The notes beneath the pieces are model-generated. The model was given only the letters and a program-made list of their open reading frames with translations. It was not told the origin of the DNA and made no database searches. Shown here piece by piece: positions 53,417-64,000 of a stretch of 64,000 bases of DNA. Numbering within the stretch: position 1 is the first letter of the stretch; the number at the start of each line of letters is the position of its first letter. Source of the stretch: Octopus sinensis (Eukaryota); the NCBI RefSeq assembly GCF_006345805.1, contig NC_043007.1, positions 17,918,001 to 17,982,000 of the forward strand, given 5' to 3'. Made by a program: the position numbers and the translations under genes.

Positions 53417-53503
53417 AACCAGAGGATACCATATATCGCGTAGACTTGCAGATAAAATGCAAACGAACAGTCACAGCATTGAATGTATGTGTGTGTGATG
53501 TGT

Positions 53504-53544
<41 letters not shown>

Positions 53545-54137
53545 TGTGTGTGTAGAAACTGCATGAAATCTTCAACAGCATAATTTAGAAGTTGTATATA
53601 TAATTACTGATGATATACTCAAGGCCCACAGAGCTGCACTCGGTAGTGCAGTGAAAGTATGCGCTACTACTACTGCTAATGATAATGGTTTTAAATTTTG
53701 CCACAAGAGCAGTAATTTGGGGATGAGACGATTACATCGACCCCAATGTTCAAATGGTACTTATTTTATCGACTCCGAAAGAATGAAAGACAAAATCGAT
53801 CTCGGCGGAATTTGAACTCAGAACGTAAAGACGGACGAAATGCCGCGAAGCATTTTACCCGAAGTGCTAACGTTTCTGCCTGCTCTCCGCCTAATGATTC
53901 CCTTCTCGAGTCATACCAATTCATAAGGGGTCGGTTTTACGGTCTCATGGCATATATATTTCCCACCTGGATGGGACATCTCAGGATTACTCATTTTTGC
54001 CAGATGAGTGGACAGGAGCAACGTGAAATGAAGCGTTTTTACTTAAAAATACAACGTGTCACCCGGTCAAGGAATCGAAACCAAATCTTATGATCATGAG
54101 CCCAACACCCTAACCACTAAGCCACGCGCCTCTACAC

Positions 54138-54168
<31 letters not shown>

Positions 54169-54186
54169 GCCACCACCACCACCACC

Positions 54187-54218
<32 letters not shown>

Positions 54219-54231
54219 CAACAACAATAAT

Positions 54232-54775
54232 AATGCCCTGATGCTGTACCAAGCAGTGGCTCTCATGGCATCTGATCTTAACTGATTGGAAGTGTTATCA
54301 TGTACATTGTTTTGTCTTGGTATAAAAGATAGGCTACAGCAAATATTCTGCTCAATATCACAGATTTGTTTGTCAGTTGTTTGACCTTAACCAGTTGAGC
54401 AAGTCCCTTAGTGGCTGATGATATGTGCATCTCTGATCAAGAGCAGAAGTAGTGGAGGAGCATCATAGCCATGTGTTCTTAGAGGCTTGGATAATTCACC
54501 TTTGGAAACATGGGTGTTTTGTTCAACATCCTTAAACAATCCTTATTCAGGGACCTTTTGAGCAGGATGGGCTACTCGACCAGAAGAAAATTCTAACTGG
54601 GACCCACCTGCAAGGTCATGCACTATCTTGATATGAGATCACCATGTCGCGCACATATGGTTGTGATGCACGTGCCTAGTGTACCCTTATCAGACGGGTA
54701 ATCAGGATGGGTATACTGGGCTTCGTATATTTGTACCACAGTGTCACTTTGATTGCATGCACTGCTCTCTCACTC

Positions 54776-54778
<3 letters not shown>
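54232..54778 (+). mobile_element. 5'-truncated non-LTR retroposon 3' fragment with (AAT)n tail, inserted in a trinucleotide microsatellite (possibly R4/Dong-like)
   Basis: Unique-looking ~545 bp bounded by aataataat on the left and a long (AAT)n on the right; no protein motif to confirm the clade. Confidence 0.4.
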
Positions 54779-54825
<47 letters not shown>

Positions 54826-54945
54826 TGATGATGATGATGAACTTATAATTTGCACAAAGAGATTCTGTGAGATGGCTGATAACAGATTGTTATCCGCTCT
54901 CACAGAATTAACAAGAACTAGTAAGACCGAGCACTCTGAGAAGCA

Positions 54946-55025
54946 AAATGATGATGATGATGATGATGTTGACGATGATGATGATGATGATGACGATGAT
55001 GATGATGATGACGATGATGATGATA

Positions 55026-55062
<37 letters not shown>

Positions 55063-55072
55063 CGACGACGAC

Positions 55073-55110
<38 letters not shown>

Positions 55111-55178
55111 CGATGATGATGTTGACGATGATGATGATGATGATGACGATGATGATGATGATGACGATGATGATGATA

Positions 55179-55210
<32 letters not shown>

Positions 55211-55215
55211 AATTA
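54946..55215. repeat. (GAT)n microsatellite with internal duplication of a GTT/GAC/AAT variant pattern
   Basis: Pattern gttgac...gataat occurs twice. Confidence 0.95.
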
Positions 55216-55397
55216 TATAAATAAGTGGATAATGTCTTCTTTATTAACCACAAGGGTTGAAATGATCGAAGACAGTACAGGACGATACGGTGTACAATTA
55301 CATAAAAAAATATGTAAACAAGGAAAATAGCAAAAACAAAATAAGCAAAACATTCAAAGAAAGAAAAATTCCCCAAAAGCTGTGTGGCGACCTCTTT

Positions 55398-55803
55398 TTT
55401 TACTCTTTTACTTGTTTCAGTCATTTGACTGCGGCCATGCTGGAGCACCGCCTTTAGTCGAGCAAATCGACCCCGGGACTTATTCTTTGTAAGCCCAGTA
55501 CTTATTCTATCGGTCTCTTTTGCCGAAACGCTAAGTGACGGGGACGTAAACACACCAGCATCGGTTGTCAAGCAATGCTAGGGGGACAAACACAGACACA
55601 CAAACACATATACACACACATATATATATATACATATAATGACGGGCTTCTTTCAGTTTCCGTCTACCAAATCCACTCACAAGGCATTGGCCGGCCCGGG
55701 GCTATAGCAGAAGACACTTGCCCAAGATGCCACGCAGTGGGACTGAACCCGGAACCATGTGGCTGGTTAGCAAGCTACTTAACACACAGCCACTCCTGCG
55801 CCT
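55398..55803 (-). mobile_element. SINE family 2
   Basis: Full copy with aaagag-type tail. Confidence 0.85.
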
Positions 55804-56824
55804 CTATAGGCTACATGTCAAAACCTCACAAAATCCAGTCACCCTGACTACAAAGGTAAATGTCCTCTCTCGGTCGTCCCTCTGCAATATACAGACGTAG
55901 ACCTATTCACTCGGACCATGCTTGTCACTCTCATTTACCTTTCAAAAAATTTGCTGGTTAGGAACAATTCTCTCTCTTCCTCCATTTTAATTTTCAAGTG
56001 AAATTTGAACAAACTGATGACAGCTTGTGCAGTAGATCAACCCTTTTAATACGGTCTAACACAACCTTTTTCGCTACCACACAGATAGAAACTGCTTGCC
56101 CTTCACTGTCAAAGGAAGAGCGGGGAGGCAAAGGAAGGCGGCAGGAAGATCTCCACATCGGGCTGTCCTAGACGTGATAGTACTTGATCTGTCCTAGACG
56201 TGATAGTACTTGTCCGACATAAAACCACAAATCAGTAATGCTTGGGTACGAGACGAGTGCATTAACAACGGTCTCTTTACCCTATGCGAGTCTCAGAAAG
56301 ACTCGCCGAGTAGTACTGTCATATTTGTAGAATTTAACTTGATCCTGGCCCAAAAATCCCCCACAGTAGACCAGCCTGTTGAATTTCATCAACGTCTAGA
56401 GTTTTCCCGAGAACGCTTTTGCTCTCCACTGAACCTTTACAAAATGTAAATGTGGAACTTCCACCGACCGAATTGCCTTACTGGTAGAGGGCAATGATAG
56501 TAATAGTAAAGCAATTCTTTCTAATTTGTGTGCGATAGTAAGGGTTTCTGATTTAGGTTTCTGATTTAGGTACAAGGTCAACAATTTTGAAGGGAGGGGG
56601 TTAAACCTTAGTAATTTGGCTGGTACTTTATTTCATCGACCTCGAAAAGATGGAAGGCAAAATTAACCTCGGCGGAATTCGAAATCAGAACGTAAAGAGC
56701 CAGGGAGAAATACTACAAATTATTATTTTCCGATATTCTAACGATTCTGCCAGCTCAGTGATGACGGTAGTTTCTTTTGTTAGCCATAAGGCTCGTGTAT
56801 ACAGTACAATAAACGTTATATTGT

Positions 56825-56995
56825 ACTGCGCAGGAGTGGCTGTGTGGTAAGTAGCTTGTTTACCAACCATGGTTCCGGGTTCAGTCCCACTGCGTGGCAC
56901 CTTGGGCAAGTATCTTCTACTATAGCCTCGGGCCGACCAAAGCCTTGTGAGTGGATTTGGTAGATGGAAACTGAAAGAAGCCCGTCGTATATATA

Positions 56996-57028
<33 letters not shown>

Positions 57029-57340
57029 GTTAAAAGTTTTCAATATTTTCAAAAATAACCAAACAAAACACAATATATTTCAATAGAAATATGGTAACAA
57101 AAGAATTGGTGAAGATTTGATCTGGCGTCGTTCCTTTTGTGTGATTGTGTGTCTGTGTTTGTCCCCCTAGCATTGCTTGACAACCGATGCTGGTGTGTTT
57201 ATGTCCCCGTTACTTAGCGGTTCGGCAAAAGAGACAGATACTGGGCTTACAAAAGAATAAGTCCCGGGGTCGAGTTGCTCGATTAAAGGCGGTGCTCCAG
57301 TATGGCCGTAGTCAAATGACTGAAACAAGTAAAAGAGTAT
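56825..57340 (+). mobile_element. SINE family 2 with AT-rich internal insertion
   Basis: Head 56825-56990 and tail ~57150-57340 separated by (TA)n and ~140 bp of foreign sequence. Confidence 0.75.
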
Positions 57341-57469
57341 ATACATAGATATTATAACAGATATGGGGCTGGACAAACAAGGTTATATTAAAACGTGGTG
57401 CGGGCGAGGACGAAATATATATAGCTTTATAAACACACTAATTAAAACAGCATATCAGAGACACCCCTT

Positions 57470-57795
57470 CGGTCACGAATGACCATGGGATTGCACCTAG
57501 AAAGTTACCCTCCCAGGCACAAGTCAAGGCAAGGTTGTTTATGGAAGACCAGCAGTCGCCTATGCATACCGGCCTCCCCTCTCCATGCTACCAGTGTTAT
57601 CCAAGGGAAAGGCAAAGGGGCCGATACAGCTTGGCACCTGTGACATCACAACTCATTTCTACAGCTGAGTGAACTGGAGCAACGTGAAATAAAGTATCTT
57701 GCTCAAGGACACAACGCACAGCCAGGTCCGGGATTCGAACTCACACCCTCACGGTCGTAAGCTCGACACGCTAACCACTGAGCCATGCGTCTTCG
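57470..57795 (-). mobile_element. tRNA-derived SINE related to family 5 with a different tail
   Basis: Minus head ggctcagtggttagcgtgtcgagcttacgaccgtgagggtgtgagttcgaatcccgg; CORE-like ttgtgtccttgagcaagatacttt. Confidence 0.7.
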
Positions 57796-57827
57796 CAAAA
57801 GGCAGCAGATAATATTACGATATAAAA

Positions 57828-58037
57828 GGCGGCTCGCTGGCAGAAACGTTAGCACGCCGGGCGAAGTGCTGAGCGGTATTTCGCCTGCCAATACGATCTG
57901 AGTTCAAATTCCGCCGAGGTCGACTTTGCCTTTCATCCTTTTGGGGTCGATTAAATAAGTACCAGTTACGCACTGGGTCGATATAATCGACTTAATCTGT
58001 TTGTCTGTCCTTGTTTGTCCCCTCTGTGTGTAGCCCC
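57828..58037 (+). mobile_element. SINE family 1
   Basis: TSD taatattacgatataaaa. Confidence 0.85.
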
Positions 58038-58631
58038 TTGTGGGTAGTAAAGAAATAGATAATATTACGATATAAAACACATTAAACAAGATCAAATTCG
58101 GATACAAATACCACGGTAGGACAATCATCCATCATCGTTTTATATATGTGTGATCTATCCTTTTATTGTGTTAGATGGTGTAAGAGAATTCTAATCTACT
58201 CGGATTCAAACTCTTTTAAACGTTCATAGCATGCTGGCGAGCGTTGTACCAATAATCCATCTTTTACATGTTTGCTTCTGTCCCCTGTTACTCAAACCTT
58301 TTGCTCGAAAAGTCGCCAACACACTTGAAACTTGCACTGCACTATGCGTTCCTTGGCTCTTTACTATCCAGTCTCATTACCCTTCGATGTTGTATAGAAG
58401 TGGGTTGTCTCCTTACGCAATTTTCGCTCCCTCTTGTTTGAATTCTCTATTTTATGAACTCTCTTCTCCAAACCTGTCACCTGTTGTCTTCTTTGCCTTC
58501 CTTTTCCCTTCACTTCTCTTGCTCTTCACACATAAAATATTCAACTGGCTCTTGGCACCACAATTATGATAACAGTGCTTTCTTTCCTGTGCCGCCATCT
58601 TCATGCTTTTCGTTTCTACTCTTCAAGTAGG

Positions 58632-58972
58632 ACCGGACTCGCGGTTTCGATTCCCAGACCGGGCGTTGTGAGTGTTTATTGAGCGAAAACACCGAAAGCT
58701 CCACGAGGCTCCGGCAGGGGATGGTGGTGATCCCTGCTGTACTCTTTCACCACAACTTTCTCTCACTCTTACTTCCTGTTTCTGTTGTACCTGTATTTCA
58801 AGGGGCCGCCTTGTCACTCTCTGTGTCACGCTGAATATCCCCGAGAACTACGTTAAGGGTGCACGTGTCTGTGGAGTGCTCAGCCACTTACACGTTAATT
58901 TCACGAGCAGGCTGTTCCGTTGATTCGGATCAACCGGAACCCTCGTCGTCGTAACCGACGGAGTGCTTCCAT
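58632..58972 (+). mobile_element. SINE family 3, 5'-truncated
   Basis: TSD tcaagtaggac. Confidence 0.85.
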
Positions 58973-60993
58973 CCATCAAGTAGGACACAGCTCTGGCACT
59001 GTTCTGCGTCTTTCGGGACTATAACTTCTAAGTCCGTCCCAATCATTTTCGGCCACATATTGTCTCTCTTCATCTTTCCGCTGTCCACCTGACCACACTT
59101 CAACATAAGCTGACTTTAAAGCCAGAAGTCAATATCTTTACCGATGCCCCTGTATTTCTTTGTCCCAAGTGTTGGGCCACACTTGTATGACCAGAAGAGT
59201 GACTCACGATTTCAGCCTGTTTTGGGGATATTTTTCTGTCAACCAAACCACATAGTTAATCCCATATGTCCAACCACGCTCATTCGAGAGATTTTCTTCT
59301 CATGTGTCATGAAGCGCTCCGTCTATTTCTGGTTTTGGGGATAACTGAAAGCCTTCGCCATTTTTAAGAAAAGCACAAAGGAAATTTGCACTTCACCCGC
59401 TGTTGTACATGTTGCTCAAGAGCCTCGTGAGATGGTTTTCTTAAACAATTCTTTGTTCAAAGAAAATCCTCCATATTAGGACCATTCATTGGCTTGTCAC
59501 GTGAGCAAAGTAGCCCATTTACAATGTTTCCGCTTGATAGACAATTTTGTTCCTTTGGCACGGTGTTTGCGTGTGTACATTATTTTTGTTACTGCTATTA
59601 ACAGTGTCACTTTTGTGAGTCAATGTTAATAATATCCTTAGAAATGTTGCTTCCTTTTTTTTTCTATTTTTTTTTGGTTGAATTGCACATATTTTCACTT
59701 TCTTTTTATCTTTGGAAAACTTGTTTTCATTATTGTTTCGTTTTTGCTTTGTTTTTAAGAAGGCGTTCCCACTTTTTTTTAAGGGACACTATCGCATCAA
59801 AATTTCCGAAGAGAAAACGAAATTTCAAGAAAAGAAACCTTCTTCGTTTACTATGATACAATAGAATAAAACTTCATTCATTTGGAAATCTCTTTGCATA
59901 GTTATACAACGAAGAAAAGAAATGAGCGATTTTGAAATCAGTAAACAAAATTACCGAAGCTATCAGGAGCAAAAAAATATACATTTTGTTATGTCAAAAA
60001 ACAACAATAATAATCATAATGATGATGATGATGATGATTTCGTTATTTAATAACTAAAGGTTTACACAGAGACAAAGGATGATACAAGACAATATAATAC
60101 TGCATGATGTGATGAGGAGTTATATGAAGATATATATACAAAAGAATAACAAAAACAATGAAACGAACAAAAACCTCAAACAAGAAAAATTCCCAAGCGA
60201 AGTGAGACTTCCGAGTGTTATTGGTGGAAAACCCACAAACCCACGGTCACCCTGACCATTAGGGCAACTGCTCTTTCTTTATCCTCTTCTCTCACTCTAC
60301 AGTTGTTTGCCCGGAGCAGGCCCGTTCACTCAGACCATTCGTGCTGCATTCACCTACCTTTCAACAAACTTCCTGGAAGGAGACACTTCCCTCTCCACTC
60401 TCACTTTGTTTTTCAAGCGAAACGTAAAACAGGTGAGGGCTTGGTCAAAGAGGAAGGTGTCTGACTTCAGTATTTCCATCTTATCCACCACATGATGATA
60501 TGGAAAGACTACCAAACTGCCTGTCCTTCCCGGTTAAAAGAAGTTGGCGGGACGATCTTTACATAGAATCAGGTGATATTCAGATCCGTCCTACATGCGA
60601 CTGAGGGTGTTCTAGAGAGAACTATAAGTCAGCTATGCTCTGGCTCCGTACGAATGCGTGCAGAACAGTCCCGTCGCCACTGATCTTTGTACTGTGCTTC
60701 ATGCCACTGATACTGATTCTGAGGAAAGCAAAAGCTGGATATGTATTCAAAAGCCGTCAACCATGGGAATGGTGTCTTTTTTTTCTTCAGAAATGTAAAT
60801 AAACCCACATAGAAATTATTTTAAAAATCTGCCGGTCAAAGTGAAAAGAACCCGGCTACAGTACATTGGTGTTTGGAAGAAAACAAAGCATATTTATTTT
60901 GTTCTACCTTCATGTTTTGATTATGTTATTTTTAATCTAATAAAGACTTTTATATTGACGAAATGTGTTTGTTGTTGATTATAGTAAAATAAG

Positions 60994-61375
60994 GTGGAGG
61001 CGCAATGGCCCAGTGGTTAGGGCAGCGGACTCGCGGTCGTAGGATCGCGGTTTCGATTCCCAGACCGGGCGTTGTGAGTGTTTATTGAGCGAAAACACCT
61101 AAAACTCCACGAGGCTCCGGCAGGGATGGTGGTGATCCCTGCTGTACTCTTTCACCACAACTTTCTCTCATTCTTACTTCATGTTTCTGCTTACCTGTAT
61201 TTCAAAGGGCCGGCCTTGTCACACTCTGTTTCACGCTGAATATCCCCGAGAACTACGTTAAGGGTACACGTGTCTGTGGAGTGTTCAGCCACTTACACGT
61301 TAATTTCACGAGCAGGCTGTTCCGTTGATCGGATCAACTGGAACCCTCATCGTCGTAACCGACGGAGTGCTTCCA
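60994..61375 (+). mobile_element. SINE family 3
   Basis: TSD atagtaaaataa. Confidence 0.85.
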
Positions 61376-61569
61376 TAGTAAAATAAAATCATAACAATAA
61401 CAATACATCTCATAATTGTAAAATAGGTGATTTTGAAACTACATTCATGTCAGCAACAAAAACAGCTGGCTGCGGACCCATAGCTCTATAGGTATTTTAG
61501 ACACCGGTGCGCTTTATTTGTGTATAAAACCAACATTTTCGCCAAAAATTTGGCCCTGCGGCTTAAATA

Positions 61570-61788
61570 CCTATTTCTTTACTACCCACAAGGGGCTAAA
61601 CAAGGACAGACAAACAGATTAAGTCGATTACATCGACCCCAGAATGTAACTGGTACTTATTTAATCGACCCCGAAAGGATGAAAGGCAAAGTCGACCTCG
61701 GCGGAATTTGAACTCAGAACGTAGCGGCAGACGAAATACCGCTAAGCATTTTGCCCGGCGGGCTAACGATTCTGCCAGCTCGCCTGCG
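61570..61788 (-). mobile_element. SINE family 1
   Basis: TSD cctgcggcttaaata. Confidence 0.85.
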
Positions 61789-62648
61789 GCTTAAATATCG
61801 ATGTCGGGCAACGATAAATACATGTAAATAATATTTTTTTCCTTTCTGGTGTTGATTCTTCGATGTTTACTGGTTATTCCGATGCGAGAACCAAAAAAAA
61901 AAAAAATTGTGTAATATGCAACACAGGCAGTAAACAAAAAATAAAATAGAACAGAGTGGTGACATTTAGTAGAGTTGACCCTGAATTTGTTCCTCTTTGA
62001 TTACTATCGCAAACAGTAGTAGTTTTCTTCAACTGGATGCACGTCGATAATTGGTTAACATTACCCAAATGCAACAACTTTAACAAGAAATAACTTCTAA
62101 AATATGAAATTTTGTCAAAATTATAACCTTGTTCGAAGGTTATAATGGATACAGATCGTGTATCAATAGCTATCTTGATGGCGGTGGCCTCATGGAGCTG
62201 ACCATGGCAGCGATTATTCTTATATCTATAAGAATGCCATATTAATATGACGATAACAATTAATTTCCAGTAAACGCTGCCGTAATCTCTTTTATAGAGA
62301 CTTAGTAATTTTAATATTTCTATTATTTGTCAAAAACGTTCAAAGTAAATTGGGTTCTGCGTGAGAAATTACACCAGTATACGAAGTTTCAAATTATTTA
62401 CTCTTTTACTTGTTTCAGTGACCCCAGGACTTATTCATTGTAAGCCTAGTACTTACTCTATCGGTTTCCTTTGCCGAATTAAATCAGAGTAAGTAAAACA
62501 ATTTTGAAGTAAAATAAACATTTAATAGTCAAGGAAAATAAAAATAAGAAAATAAAAATAAGAAATATTAGGAAAATAAAAATAAGAAATAAGTGGAAAT
62601 TTTACCGGTGAGTGTGTTACATTATAAGGCACAAAAAGAAAATGACTC

Positions 62649-63057
62649 AGATCTTTTCGGTTTGAACGGCAGTTTTTTCTAGCGGTGTCATATAAAATTG
62701 TCACCCATAATTATGACCCTAGTATCGATCTATTGCATTTCAATCTCTTTTAGGGTTAGGGGTGGGGGGAAGGGTATCTTTTTTCTTCAGAAATGTAAAT
62801 AAACCCAATCTGTTTCTTAAACGAGGGACATTTTCATACGGCAGAGAATGTTTTCACCTCAACAGACGTCATTGATTGGTTGAAATTGCAGAAATTGAAG
62901 AAAAAAACAACAAATATCTTACAAACCATAGAATTTTCTCAATAAAACCAAGAGAAAAAGATGTTTTATAAACACATTCTACCAGTATACGAAGTTTAAA
63001 AGTGTTTAGTTACGTGGAAATTATTTTAAAAAACTGCCGTTCAAACCGAAAAGATCC
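62649..63057. mobile_element. GGATC-TIR telomere-repeat MITE
   Basis: TSD aatgactc at 62641-62648 and 63058-63065. Confidence 0.9.
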
Positions 63058-63499
63058 AATGACTCTCACCAGACACAACAGAATATGCTTCAACATACGA
63101 ACCCATATAAAGAATCTTGCAAACAAAATCCCAAAACGAGATTTAATAAACCAAAATGCATATACGTTTTAAACATCATTTACATTCATAGAACACTTTG
63201 CCATTTTCTGATCTACGCGTGTAGTTTGTCAAATGTGACCCTCGAAGTATCGGCAGGGTGAAGTATCACATTTCCTAGTGTTGCAGCATGTGTTGCACAG
63301 TTGATATATTTCGTACACTTGACACAGTCCAATGCACAGAAGTAAATAGATAACATATAACGGATGTTGTAATAGAAATAATGGGTACCACTTAAGAACA
63401 GTGGTCCCAGTGCGCGCACTCGCCTACTCGCGCATCCGCGCTAGCTTGTCGTGACTAGTCGATCCTACAACGACTACCTAGCAAAGTAAATAAAACACA

Positions 63500-64000
63500 G
63501 GATCTTTTCCTTTTGAATGGCACTTTATAACATAATTTCTAGGTAACTAAAAAGTTTTAAACTTCGTATACTGGAAGGATATGTTTATAAAACATCATTT
63601 TCTCTTGGTTTTATTGATAAAATTCTATAGTTTGTAAGATATTTCGTCTGAAATTTCGAGCATTTCGGCAATTTTAACCAATCGATTACCTCCATTGAGC
63701 TAAAATCATTTGCTGCGTCTAAAACTGAGACAACATCCTGTCACTAAGCCTAAACCTCACCCTAACCTTAACCCTAACCCTAAATTTTTTTTTCGTAATT
63801 GTTAAATTAACTTAATTGTTACGCGTGTAAAAAAAACGAAAGCAATGGAAAATAATTTAAACAATTAACAAACAAAATAATTCTATAATTTTGTTTGTTA
63901 ATTGTTCAAGTTATTTTCCATTGCTTTCGTTTTTTTTACACGCGTAACAATTAAGTTAATTTAACAATTACGAAAAAAAAATTTAGGGTTAGGGTTAGGG
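63500..64000. mobile_element. Fully palindromic foldback MITE, running off the window
   Basis: Starts ggatcttttccttttgaa; symmetry centre ~63883 with near-perfect arms to the window end (…ttagggttagggttaggg). Confidence 0.85.

Noticed and set aside
54707-55330. 207-aa ORF with hydrophobic start and poly-Asn/poly-Asp (acidic biomineralisation-like protein)
   Set aside because: The N-terminus comes from a retroposon 3' end and the body is an (AAT)n/(GAT)n microsatellite open in several frames on both strands.
58200-59350. Coding-looking moderately GC-rich segments around a SINE-3 insertion (also 55810-56450, 60240-60720)
   Set aside because: Stops in the frames examined and no recognisable motif; probably old TE debris but cannot be assigned without a search.
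63395-63485. Short CpG-rich patch with small palindromes (agtgcgcgcact)
   Set aside because: Under 100 bp, no associated ORF or repeat copy; not interpretable.
63960-64000. Chromosome end suggested by terminal ttagggttagggttaggg
   Set aside because: It is the mirror image of the CCCTAA tract at ~63750-63783 inside a palindromic MITE; the window simply cuts through it.

Overview
AT-rich, repeat-saturated eukaryotic DNA. The SINE families, Tx1-type LINEs, Penelope remnants and microsatellite load look like an octopus (cephalopod) genome, which is an inference from repeat recognition. Only two convincing host-type coding regions are present. (1) A single-exon gene of about 4.5 kb (39975-44448, +) encodes a signal-peptide protein with 21 tandem 4/5-Cys modules separated by acidic Pro/Glu/Thr linkers. 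It is split by two 1-bp deletions near 43290-43311 and has a TATA box upstream. (2) An orphan 368-aa ORF (695-1801, +) carries three RhxxhE coiled-coil repeats. The rest is mobile DNA. A head-to-tail array of diverged Tx1-like elements (5320-11061, -) includes two members that encode ORF1 only. A decayed full Tx1-like LINE lies at 18850-23427, and its 3' tail is shared with those half-elements and with the most abundant tRNA-derived SINE. Also present: several SINE families including a 2.1-kb SINE-derived higher-order array, two mariner relics, a Gypsy RT-RNaseH relic, a Penelope-like RT relic, hammerhead-ribozyme-bearing pLTR-like repeats, six ~0.39-kb Helitron-type elements plus a helicase fragment, 8-bp-TSD MITEs carrying TTAGGG repeats, several palindromes and very long compound microsatellites. 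All calls are by eye; no database searches were run.
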